This document shows, piece by piece, positions 18,684 to 27,526 of a DNA stretch of 64,000 nt. The stretch spans positions 7,384-71,383 of the forward strand of contig CAZAKR010000005.1 of assembly GCA_964486105.1 (NCBI GenBank), written 5' to 3'. This DNA is from an uncultured Rhodospirillaceae bacterium (GTDB lineage: Bacteria; Pseudomonadota; Alphaproteobacteria; UBA11136). The notes beneath the pieces are model-generated. The model did no database searches, was not told the DNA's origin, and was given only the letters and a program-made list of their open reading frames with translations. Position numbers and translations under genes: made by a program. The number at the start of each line of letters is the position of its first letter. The first letter of the stretch is position 1.

Positions 18684-19414
18684 CGAAAACCAGCTCCAAA
18701 AAAGGCATGCTTTACGGCCTCGGCATCGGGCCGGGCGACCCTGAGCTTTTGACCCTGAAAGCCCATTCCATTCTTACCCGCGTGCCGGTGGTCGCCTATC
18801 CGGCAACCCCTGACGGCGAGAGCATGGCGCGGCAGATCGTCGCCCCCCACCTTGATGGGGCCGCCTATCCGGCACCCATCGAGATCGCCATTCGCATCCC
18901 CATGGTCGAAGAGCGCCACCCGGCGCGCCAGGCCTATGATGCGGCGGCGCTGGAAATAGCCGGCCATCTCGATGACGGACGCGACGTTGCAATGCTCTGT
19001 CTGGGCGACCCTTTTCTCTATGGCTCGTTTATGTATCTTTTCACCCGTCTGGCCGAGACCGCACGGATCGAGATCGTTCCTGGAATCTCGTCCCTGACGG
19101 CGGCAGCGGCGGCGGCGCGTCTGCCCCTTGCCGGACGCAATGACAGTTTGGCGGTGATCCCGGCGCCCCTCGACGACAAGACGATCACGGCCCGCATCAA
19201 CGATCACGACTCGGTGGCCATCATCAAGCTCGGCCGTCATTTGCCCCGTATCCGCAAACTCATCGAAAGCCTTGGCCTTGAGCCCCAGGCCCGCTATATC
19301 GAGCGGGCAACCATGGAGGGGGAACGCGCCGTCGCACTTAGTGAGGTAAGCGACGATGACGCCTCTTATTTTTCGATGATCCTTTTACACCGCAGCGGTG
19401 AGCCCAGTCCATGA
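18680..19414 (+). CDS. cobI: Precorrin-2 C20-methyltransferase
   Basis: CbiL/CobI tetrapyrrole methylase (LYGLGIGPGDPELLT). Confidence 0.9.
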   Translation: MTKTSSKKGMLYGLGIGPGDPELLTLKAHSILTRVPVVAYPATPDGESMARQIVAPHLDGAAYPAPIEIAIRIPMVEERHPARQAYDAAALEIAGHLDDGRDVAMLCLGDPFLYGSFMYLFTRLAETARIEIVPGISSLTAAAAAARLPLAGRNDSLAVIPAPLDDKTITARINDHDSVAIIKLGRHLPRIRKLIESLGLEPQARYIERATMEGERAVALSEVSDDDASYFSMILLHRSGEPSP

Positions 19415-21279
19415 CCCAACGTCCAAATCCCCAAACCCTGCCCCAAGACGCGGCGCTCATCGCCCTGACCCCGACAGGCGCCGCCCTTGCGGCCAGGCTG
19501 GCCAGCCATTTGCCCGGCGCAAAGGTGCATGTCCTTGAGGGGCGTGGCGGCGGAAAATCGGATATCTCCTTCACCGATACGCCAGCCCATCTGCGCCGCC
19601 TGTTTAAGGCCGGAACCCCGATCATCGGCATTTGCGCCGCCGGAATTTTAATCCGCTGCCTGGCTCCGCTCCTGGAAAACAAACGGGCCGAGCCGCCGGT
19701 GATCGCTCTGGCCGAAGACGGCGCGGCAATTGTGCCGCTGCTCGGCGGGCACAGAGGTGGCGTCGCCCTTGCCCAGGCAATCGCACAAATCACCAAGGGC
19801 CAATGCGCGATTACGACGGCCGGTGAAATCGCCCTCGGCCTGGCCCTCGACACCCCCCCCTCCGGCTGGCGTATCGCCAATCCCGAGAACATAAAACCCC
19901 TCACCGTCGCCCTTCTCGGCAAGGAGCCCGTCGCCCTGAAGCTTGAGGCAGGAGATGGCGGCTGGCTTTCCAGCGCCGCCCTGACTTTCGATGACCAAGG
20001 CGGGCTGTCGATAAGGATCACCCACCGGGCCCATATGCCGGGCAAGGATGAGCTTGTCCTGCACCCTCCCGTGCTCGCCCTCGGCATCGGCTGCGAGCGC
20101 GGGGTTGAAATTGAAGAACTCGAAACCCTGGTCTTTGATACCCTCGCTGCCGCCGAACTAAGCCCATCGGCCATCGGGTGCATTGCCTCGATCGATATCA
20201 AGGCCGACGAAGATGCGATCCATACTCTCGCCGAAAGCCTTAATGTGCCGGCCCGTTTTTTTCCCGCCGACCGGCTGGAAGCCGAATCACCGCGCCTGGT
20301 TAATCCATCTCAACTGGTCTTTGAGGAAACCGGCTGTCACGGCGTCAGCGAGGGCGCCGCACTCGCCGCCACAGGGGCGGCAGGCGAGCTGATCTGCCCG
20401 AAGACAAAATCCAGACGCGCCACCTGCGCCGTCGCCCTGTCGCCCTCACCCATCGACAGCGCTTCTGTAGGCGAGGCGCGGGGTGAACTTTTCGTCATCG
20501 GCATCGGGCCTGGAGCCGACGAGTGGCGCACGCCCGAAGCGACAAAACTTTTAGAGCGCGCCGAAGATGCCGTTGGCTATGATCTTTACCTCGATCTCGT
20601 CGCCGACAACATTGCGAGCGCCCGGCGTCACGCCTTTCCCTTAGGGGCGGAGGAAAAGCGGGTGCGCGCGGCCTTGGAGCTTGCCGCCAAAGGGCGGCGA
20701 GTCGCCCTGATATCGTCGGGTGACGCCGGCATCTATGCCATGGGGAGCCTTGTTTTCGAACTTATCGAACGCGAGGACAATGCCACCTGGAACCGCATCG
20801 CCCTGACGATGGCGCCGGGTATTTCCGCCCTTCAGGCGGCCAGTGCGCGAAGCGGCGCGCCACTGGGCCATGACTTTTGCACCATCTCTCTTTCCGACCT
20901 CTTGACACCCTGGCCGGATATCCAGCACCGGGTCAAGGCTGCGGCGGAGGGGGATTTTGTCATCGCTTTTTATAATCCGGTCTCCAAGCGCCGCCGCCAT
21001 CAGCTTGAAACCGCCCGTGATATCCTGCTTGTCCACCGGCCAGCCGAAACCCCCGTCGTCCTGGCCCGCAATCTTGGCCGCGATGAAGAAACCATAGAGA
21101 TTATTTCCCTTCGCGACCTTAACGCCGACAAGGTGGACATGCTGACCCTGGTGCTGGTCGGCAGCAGCCAGACGCGGAAGATCGAACGCAACGGCAGAGG
21201 CTGGATCTTCACTCCCCGGGGCTATGCGGCGAAGATGGAGTCCCCGCAAATACCCCCAGCAAAAAGGAACACCTCCTGA
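19411..21279 (+). CDS. Fusion protein: CbiG-like (cobalt-precorrin-5A hydrolase) N-terminal region fused to precorrin-3B C17-methyltransferase (CobJ/CbiH)
   Basis: Residues 1 to about 340 resemble CbiG. The C-terminal region of about 250 aa is a tetrapyrrole methylase (ELFVIGIGPGADEW…) of CbiH/CobJ type. Confidence 0.8.
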   Translation: MTQRPNPQTLPQDAALIALTPTGAALAARLASHLPGAKVHVLEGRGGGKSDISFTDTPAHLRRLFKAGTPIIGICAAGILIRCLAPLLENKRAEPPVIALAEDGAAIVPLLGGHRGGVALAQAIAQITKGQCAITTAGEIALGLALDTPPSGWRIANPENIKPLTVALLGKEPVALKLEAGDGGWLSSAALTFDDQGGLSIRITHRAHMPGKDELVLHPPVLALGIGCERGVEIEELETLVFDTLAAAELSPSAIGCIASIDIKADEDAIHTLAESLNVPARFFPADRLEAESPRLVNPSQLVFEETGCHGVSEGAALAATGAAGELICPKTKSRRATCAVALSPSPIDSASVGEARGELFVIGIGPGADEWRTPEATKLLERAEDAVGYDLYLDLVADNIASARRHAFPLGAEEKRVRAALELAAKGRRVALISSGDAGIYAMGSLVFELIEREDNATWNRIALTMAPGISALQAASARSGAPLGHDFCTISLSDLLTPWPDIQHRVKAAAEGDFVIAFYNPVSKRRRHQLETARDILLVHRPAETPVVLARNLGRDEETIEIISLRDLNADKVDMLTLVLVGSSQTRKIERNGRGWIFTPRGYAAKMESPQIPPAKRNTS

Positions 21280-21280
21280 C

Positions 21281-22039
21281 ATGAGTGTGCATTTTATAGG
21301 TGCGGGACCCGGCGCGCCCGACCTCATCACAATTCGCGGCCGTGATCTGATCCGTAAGGCCGGGCTGGTTCTCTATGCAGGCTCGCTGGTACCGGAGGAA
21401 ATTATCAATCAGGCGGCAGAGAGTGCGGAAGTGATCGACAGCGCGCCCCTGAACCTTGACGAGATTATCGAAACCATGGCCCGCGCCCATGAGGCCGGGC
21501 ATGACATCGCCAGGGTCCATTCCGGCGATCCGTCCCTTTACGGCGCCATTGCCGAACAGATGCGCCGGCTTGATGAGCGCGGCATTCCCTATGACGTGAC
21601 CCCCGGCGTGCCCGCCTTTGCCGCCGCCGCGGCGACCTTGAAGCGGGAACTTACCCTGCCCGGCATCAGCCAAACGCTAATCCTCACCCGCACGGCAATG
21701 CGCGCCTCGGCCATGCCCGAAGGCGAGGATCTCGACACCCTGGGAAAAAGCGGGGCGACCCTGGCCATTCACCTGTCGGTCAATAATCTGAAAAACGTCA
21801 TCGATGATTTGACCCCCCATTACGGGGAGGATTGCCCGGTCTGCGTCGTCTGGCGGGCGAGCTGGCCGGACGAAAAGATTATCCGTGGAAGCCTGAAAAC
21901 CATCCGCGACATGGTCAAGAAGGCCGGAATGACCCGCACCGCGCTTATCCTCGTCGGCAAAACCCTCGGCGAGGCGGCTTTCGAGGACAGCCGTTTATAC
22001 GCCGCCGACCATAGCCACGTTCTGCGTCCCAAAGACTAA
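21281..22039 (+). CDS. cobM: Precorrin-4 C11-methyltransferase
   Basis: CbiF/CobM family (VHFIGAGPGAPDLIT). The ATG at 21281 is preceded by AAAGGAAC. Confidence 0.9.
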   Translation: MSVHFIGAGPGAPDLITIRGRDLIRKAGLVLYAGSLVPEEIINQAAESAEVIDSAPLNLDEIIETMARAHEAGHDIARVHSGDPSLYGAIAEQMRRLDERGIPYDVTPGVPAFAAAAATLKRELTLPGISQTLILTRTAMRASAMPEGEDLDTLGKSGATLAIHLSVNNLKNVIDDLTPHYGEDCPVCVVWRASWPDEKIIRGSLKTIRDMVKKAGMTRTALILVGKTLGEAAFEDSRLYAADHSHVLRPKD

Positions 22040-22070
22040 AATTTAGGCAGGCCTTAGGGCGGGTCAAGAA

Positions 22071-22634
22071 TCAGCCGCCGTTTTTCACCGCGTTTACGAC
22101 CACGTTGCGGATGCGCCTGTCCCGCCCCTCTTCCGCCCAGTCAAGGGCGCTGCGCCCGGTATAATCCTGAATTTCAAGATCGCTTTCCGCTTCGATCAGT
22201 AAATCGACGGCTTTGCGGTTCGCCGCCGAGATCGCTTTCATCAGCGCCGTGAGGCCCTGCTTGTTCTGAATATCAATGTCTGCCTTGTGCTCAATCAGAA
22301 TTTCGACAACGGCGGGATAGCCCAGATGACTGGCCCAGATCAGCGCCGTGTTGCCACCTTCATCCCCCATATCGGCAATTGCCCTGCTCTCGAGCAATAG
22401 GCGGACAACCCCCGCCCGGCCGTTTTTCGAGGCGATCAGGATTGGCGTCAGGCCCTTGGAATCCACATAATTGGGATCGAGGCCGGCTTCGAGATGGCCG
22501 CGAACTTTCTCGGTGTCTCCCTCCTTGACCGCCGCGATATAGGCGAGCAGCGGAGTGAAATCACTGCCCGATTCGGCGCCCAGAACAGGCAGAGACAGAA
22601 CCATAAGAAGAAAGGCGAGAGCGAGCCGCCGCAT
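22071..22634 (-). CDS. Ankyrin-repeat exported protein
   Basis: Signal peptide (MRRLALAFLLMVLSLPVLGA) followed by at least four ankyrin repeats (…GLTPILIASKNGRAGVVRLLL…GNTALIWASHLGYPAVVEILI…GLTALMKAIS…). It is convergent with cobM and lies upstream of cobK on the same strand. Confidence 0.7.
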   Translation of the reverse strand: MRRLALAFLLMVLSLPVLGAESGSDFTPLLAYIAAVKEGDTEKVRGHLEAGLDPNYVDSKGLTPILIASKNGRAGVVRLLLESRAIADMGDEGGNTALIWASHLGYPAVVEILIEHKADIDIQNKQGLTALMKAISAANRKAVDLLIEAESDLEIQDYTGRSALDWAEEGRDRRIRNVVVNAVKNGG

Positions 22635-22678
22635 CCATATCCCCCTTAAACGAAGTCTATATAGCGCCGCAACCGGGA

Positions 22679-23470
22679 TCAAAGGTCAAGGCTATTCATG
22701 CGCGCGCCAAGCCAGAACAGGGCATCTTCAGTATTTTCCAGTTGCGGCCCCGGCTCGGATGGCGGGCGGGCGATCATCAGTACCGGAATTTGCGCTTCAC
22801 GCGCGGCGTCCAGTTTTGCCCTCGTCGCCGCCCCACCGCTCATCTTTGAGACCAATACATTAATCCTGTATTGAGCAAGGAGTGCCGCCTCTTCTTGAAC
22901 AGAAAACGGCCCCTTGCCGGTTATCAGGGTGTAATCCCGGCCTTCTTCACCGAGCGCCACAGGAGAAGCGGGCGGCTCGATAAGGCGGATTAAAAACCAC
23001 ATCCGTGGCGCGCTTGAGGAAGAAAGCGCCGACAGGGAAGCAAGGCTTCCCGGCCCGGTGGTGATAAAGGCGCGCCGTCCGACAAAGGGCAGAGCCTCGA
23101 CAGCTGCTTCCATATCGGGCAGCTCCACCCAGCGGTCGCCCTTTTGTTTTTTCCACGCCGGACGGAAAAGCTGGAGCCGTTCGACCCCTGCGGCTTCACA
23201 GGCAATGCGGGCATTGGCGGAAATTGTCGCGGCGAAAGGATGGGTGGCATCGATCACCCAGTCGGTCCCTGATTCCTCCAGATAGGCGGCGAAGTTTTCT
23301 GCCCCGCCGAAGCCACCGCGGCGCACCCGGCCGGGCAAGTCCCCTGGGTCCCGTGTCCGCCCGGCGAGGGAAGTCACCACGTTCAATCTGTCTCCAAAGT
23401 GGCGGATTGCGCGCGCCGCCAGCTCGGCGCCCTCCGTCGTTCCGCCGAGGATCAGCAGGCTTTTCTTCAT
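22679..23470 (-). CDS. cobK: Precorrin-6A reductase
   Basis: CbiJ/CobK family similarity across 263 aa. Confidence 0.85.
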   Translation of the reverse strand: MKKSLLILGGTTEGAELAARAIRHFGDRLNVVTSLAGRTRDPGDLPGRVRRGGFGGAENFAAYLEESGTDWVIDATHPFAATISANARIACEAAGVERLQLFRPAWKKQKGDRWVELPDMEAAVEALPFVGRRAFITTGPGSLASLSALSSSSAPRMWFLIRLIEPPASPVALGEEGRDYTLITGKGPFSVQEEAALLAQYRINVLVSKMSGGAATRAKLDAAREAQIPVLMIARPPSEPGPQLENTEDALFWLGARMNSLDL

Positions 23471-24588
23471 GATGGACCGGCAGCGCCGATAAGACGGCCC
23501 CGGCGATCGAAAACCAGCACATCGACGGCCATTTTATCTTCCCCCCCGTTGCAGCGGGCAAGCACCTCGCAGGCGGCGTCCCTGGCTCTGACGGCGATCT
23601 TTTCGGCCAAAGGAAGACCGGCATCCCGGGCCAGCTCGATAATTGCCCCTGCAGCGACGGATTTTTCGGCCCTGGCCAGAAGGTCCGCCCCCGCGCCCAG
23701 CGCCTCAAGATCGGATGTGAGCGCCGCCATATCGACCTGCGATCGCGCAGAATGCAAATCCATGTGCCCCGATGCCAGCTTCGATATCTTGGCAAACCCG
23801 CCAGCCAGCGTCAGGTGGGGCACCGGATGGTCGCGCAGATATTTGAGCACACCGCCGGCAAAATCCCCCATCTCGATCAGCGCCGTATCGGGAACCCCGC
23901 AATGCTTTTGCGCCGCCCGTTCCGATGTCCGGCCAGTGGCCGCCACCAGATGGCTCTCGCCGCTTGCCCGCGCCACATCGATGCCGCGATGGATCGCATG
24001 GACCCAGGCCGAACAGGAATAGGGCACAACGATTCCGGTGGTACCAAGGATTGAAAGTCCGCCGACAATCCCCAAGCGGCTATTAAGGGTTTTTTCGGCC
24101 AGTTTTTCGCCGCCGCGAACCGAGACGGTAATTTCAAAATCAGCCGCTACGCCGTGGCGGGCCGCTATTTCAGTGACCGCATTATCCATCATCTGGCGAG
24201 GCACCGGATTGATCGCCGCCTCGCCGGGTGGCATCGCCAGACCGGGCCGGGTGACCGTTCCCACCCCCTCCCCGGCATGAAAAGTGATGCCCTTGCCCGT
24301 CTCGCCCCGGCGCAGGGTGACACCGATCAGGGCGCCGTGGGTAACATCCGGGTCATCCCCGGCGTCCTTGATAATTGCGGCGCTGACACTGCTTTCCCCG
24401 ATTGAGGTTTCAGCAAGGGAAAACGGCACCGATAAGCCCCCGGGCAGGGAAATCGTCACCGGATCGGAGAAATGCCCGCTCAGCAACGCTTCCGCACAGG
24501 CCGCCGCCGCCGCCGTGGCGCAGGCGCCGGTCGTATAGCCCTTTCTCAGCTCACCGGATGCGCCGCGGCGTTGAGTTTTCCCGGTCAT
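23467..24588 (-). CDS. cbiD: Cobalt-precorrin-5B (C1)-methyltransferase
   Basis: CbiD family (…GYTTGACATAAA…ILGTTGIVVP…). Its stop overlaps the cobK start. Confidence 0.85.
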   Translation of the reverse strand: MTGKTQRRGASGELRKGYTTGACATAAAAACAEALLSGHFSDPVTISLPGGLSVPFSLAETSIGESSVSAAIIKDAGDDPDVTHGALIGVTLRRGETGKGITFHAGEGVGTVTRPGLAMPPGEAAINPVPRQMMDNAVTEIAARHGVAADFEITVSVRGGEKLAEKTLNSRLGIVGGLSILGTTGIVVPYSCSAWVHAIHRGIDVARASGESHLVAATGRTSERAAQKHCGVPDTALIEMGDFAGGVLKYLRDHPVPHLTLAGGFAKISKLASGHMDLHSARSQVDMAALTSDLEALGAGADLLARAEKSVAAGAIIELARDAGLPLAEKIAVRARDAACEVLARCNGGEDKMAVDVLVFDRRGRLIGAAGPS

Positions 24589-24727
24589 TATCCATTCCTG
24601 TTGCCCTGCCTTGTCGCCAAGGCCTTTTTTTAGCAGTTTACCCGGCAGCGCCCCGGCAAACCAGTAATCAGGCGCGGGTGATTCTTAGGGCTCCAAGAGC
24701 ACGGCGAAACGCGCTATAACCCCCTTC

Positions 24728-25573
24728 ATGGAAACGCCAGACATCGGCCTTGCGCCGTTTGAACCAGGATGGGTATGGCTTGTCGGCGCTGGTCCCGGCG
24801 ATCCCGGCCTGCTGTCCCTCTACGCCCTTCACGCCTTGGCCCATGCCGACGTGGTGGTCTATGACGCCCTTGTCGATCCCCGCATTCTCGACCTCGCCCG
24901 ATCCGGCGCGGAAATGATCGATTCGGGCAAGCGCGGCGGGCGGCCATCACCCCATCAACGTGATATCTCTGAGCGATTGATCCGGCTGGCCGAAAAAAAC
25001 CTGCGGGTTCTCCGCCTTAAAGGAGGCGACCCCTTTGTCTTTGGACGCGGCGGCGAAGAAGCCCTGGCTCTGGTCGAGGCCGGAATTCCTTTCCGTCTGG
25101 TGCCCGGCATTACCGCCGGTATCGGGGGGCTGGCCTATGCCGGCATTCCCGCCACCCATCGCACCATCAATACCGCCATTACATTTATCACCGGCCATAC
25201 CGCCTGTGGCGATATTCCCGAAGACGATATCGACTGGACGGCCCTGGCCAAGGCGTCGCCTGTAATCGTTTTTTACATGTCCCTGAAAACCATGTCCCGG
25301 ATCGCCGAGCGCCTGATCGCCGCCGGACGCGCCAGTGACGAATCGGTGGCGATTATTTCCAAGGCGACGACACCCGACCAAAGCGTTCTGGTGACCACTC
25401 TGGCCGCATGCGCCCATGATGAGGAGCCTTCCAACCAACCCTCTCCGGCGCTATTTGTCGTCGGCCCGGTGGTCAAACTGCGTGACGGGCTGGACTGGCT
25501 CGGCGCCATTTCCGGCAAGATTCTTAACCCCGCCCCCCTGGGCGGCGATCAAGGCGGCAAGGAACCCGAATGA
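24728..25573 (+). CDS. cobA: Uroporphyrinogen-III C-methyltransferase (SUMT)
   Basis: VWLVGAGPGDPGLLS…KGGDPFVFGRGGEE; full-length CobA/CysG-C methylase similarity. It is divergent from cbiD. Confidence 0.85.
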   Translation: METPDIGLAPFEPGWVWLVGAGPGDPGLLSLYALHALAHADVVVYDALVDPRILDLARSGAEMIDSGKRGGRPSPHQRDISERLIRLAEKNLRVLRLKGGDPFVFGRGGEEALALVEAGIPFRLVPGITAGIGGLAYAGIPATHRTINTAITFITGHTACGDIPEDDIDWTALAKASPVIVFYMSLKTMSRIAERLIAAGRASDESVAIISKATTPDQSVLVTTLAACAHDEEPSNQPSPALFVVGPVVKLRDGLDWLGAISGKILNPAPLGGDQGGKEPE

Positions 25574-26163
25574 CCCGCAAATTTACCTATGGCGGCCTCC
25601 TGATCATTCTATTGCTTGGCGCAATTGCGGCTTGGATGCGCCAGCCCACACCTGCCTCCCAGACCAGCGTCAATCCGGCGATCTCCATCGGCGGTCCCTT
25701 TTCCCTGATCGACCAGAACGGCGAGCGGCGCAGTCAGGATGATTTTGCCGGCTCCTATATGCTGGTCAATTTCGGCTTTACCTTCTGCCCGGATGTCTGT
25801 CCCACCGCCCTGCGCGATATGAGCGCTGCCATCGACCAGCTCGGCGCCGACGGCGAAAAGGTAATTCCGGTCTTTATCACCATCGATCCTGAGCGCGATA
25901 CGGTGGAAAAACTTAAACCCTACGCCGCTCATTTCCATCCCCGGCTGGTCGCCCTGACCGGCAGCTCGGATGAAATTGCAGCTGCCGCCAAAGCTTACCG
26001 TGTCTATTACGCCCGCGCCGATATTGATCTCGGCAGCGAGGATTACCTGATGGATCATTCCAGTCTTTATTACCTGATGGGGCCGGACGGAAAATATATC
26101 CGCCATTTTTCCCATGGCACACCGCCCGACGAAATGGCGGCAGCCATCGCCGCCCAACTGTGA
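25570..26163 (+). CDS. SCO1/SenC-family thiol:disulfide / copper-chaperone-like protein
   Basis: N-terminal membrane anchor, thioredoxin-fold CxxxC motif (FTFCPDVCP), and a conserved His region. Its start overlaps the cobA stop and it is followed directly by cobB. Confidence 0.8.
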   Translation: MTRKFTYGGLLIILLLGAIAAWMRQPTPASQTSVNPAISIGGPFSLIDQNGERRSQDDFAGSYMLVNFGFTFCPDVCPTALRDMSAAIDQLGADGEKVIPVFITIDPERDTVEKLKPYAAHFHPRLVALTGSSDEIAAAAKAYRVYYARADIDLGSEDYLMDHSSLYYLMGPDGKYIRHFSHGTPPDEMAAAIAAQL

Positions 26164-26173
26164 GGCAAGGGTC

Positions 26174-27526
26174 GTGACCACGGGCCTTCCCGGACTGATT
26201 ATTGCCGCCCCGGCGTCAAACGGCGGCAAGACGGTTCTGACCCTGGCTCTGCTCCGTCATTTGCGCGACCGCGGCAACAAGACACCGATCGCTTTTAAAA
26301 CCGGGCCTGATTACATCGACCCCGCTTTTCACCAGGCCGCAACCGGCAGTGAGTGCTGGAATCTCGACCCCTGGGCGATGCGGCCCGAAAGCCTTGCCGC
26401 CCTGATCGCGACAAGAGACGGAGATGGGCATGGTCTTGCCATCTGCGAAGGCGTGATGGGGCTTTATGACGGCGCGGCGACGGGCCGAGCCGTGGCCGGT
26501 TCCACCGCCGATCTTGCAGCATTGACCGGCTGGCCGATTATCTTTGTCGTCGATGTCGGCGGACAGGGCGCCTCGGCTGCCGCCCTTGTTCGTGGCTTTG
26601 CCACCCACCGCCCCGATATCACCTTGGGCGCCGTCGTCTTCAACCGGGTCGGCGGCAAGCGCCATGAGGAAATCCTCCGCCTGGCGATGGCAGAGGCCTT
26701 GCCCGACCTTCCGGTACTCGGCGCCCTGCCGACCGATCCCCGCCTGGCCCTGCCGTCACGCCATCTCGGCCTGGTTCAGGCCCGGGAGCATCCCGATCTC
26801 GAAGCTTTTCTCGACCAGGCGGCGGCATGGCTGTCGGAACACATAGACACCGGAGCGCTAACCGGGATGGCGCGGCCCGCCCGCCTTGCGCCCGGTCCTG
26901 ATGAGGGGGCCGCCTTGTTGCCACCGCTCGGCCAACGCATTGCCATCGCCCATGACGATGCCTTTGCCTTCTCCTATCCGGCCCTGATTGAGTCCTGGCG
27001 TAAATCCGCAGCGGAGATCAGTTTTTTCTCACCTCTCCAGGACCAGCCCCCGGACCCGGGCGCCGATGCGGTTTATCTTCCCGGCGGATATCCCGAACTT
27101 CACGCCGGAAAGCTTGCCGCAAACCGGAATTTTATCGACGGCCTTAAGCGCGCCGCTGATGCGGGGATAAATATTTTCGGCGAATGCGGCGGCTATATGG
27201 TTCTGGGGCAGGGGTTGATCGATGGTGACGCCAACCACCATTCCATGGCCGGTCTGTTGCCGCTGGTTACTTCATTTGCCGAACGTCAGCGCCATCTCGG
27301 CTATCGCCAGATGCGCCTCAAATCCGATGGCCCATTAGGCAAGGCGGGGGGGCTCTTTCGCGGCCATGAATTCCATTACGCGACAATTGTCGAGGAAGGC
27401 CCCGGCGATACATTGTTCGACGTGTCTGATGCCGCCGGCCTGGATATCGGATCTTGCGGATTGATCAGGGGGTCGGTTGCCGGTTCCTTTATCCATCTTA
27501 TCGATCGCGCCGCGGCCGCCGCCTAG
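26174..27526 (+). CDS. cobB: Cobyrinic acid a,c-diamide synthase
   Basis: CbiA/CobB family with an N-terminal ATPase (APASNGGKT) and a C-terminal glutamine amidotransferase domain (FGECGGYMVLG). The start is proposed at GTG 26174 preceded by AAGG; the ORF is extended to 26114. Confidence 0.85.
   Translation: MTTGLPGLIIAAPASNGGKTVLTLALLRHLRDRGNKTPIAFKTGPDYIDPAFHQAATGSECWNLDPWAMRPESLAALIATRDGDGHGLAICEGVMGLYDGAATGRAVAGSTADLAALTGWPIIFVVDVGGQGASAAALVRGFATHRPDITLGAVVFNRVGGKRHEEILRLAMAEALPDLPVLGALPTDPRLALPSRHLGLVQAREHPDLEAFLDQAAAWLSEHIDTGALTGMARPARLAPGPDEGAALLPPLGQRIAIAHDDAFAFSYPALIESWRKSAAEISFFSPLQDQPPDPGADAVYLPGGYPELHAGKLAANRNFIDGLKRAADAGINIFGECGGYMVLGQGLIDGDANHHSMAGLLPLVTSFAERQRHLGYRQMRLKSDGPLGKAGGLFRGHEFHYATIVEEGPGDTLFDVSDAAGLDIGSCGLIRGSVAGSFIHLIDRAAAAA

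Noticed and set aside
24589-24727. Possible riboswitch in the cbiD/cobA divergent spacer
   Set aside because: No conserved B12 riboswitch motifs and only about 140 bp.
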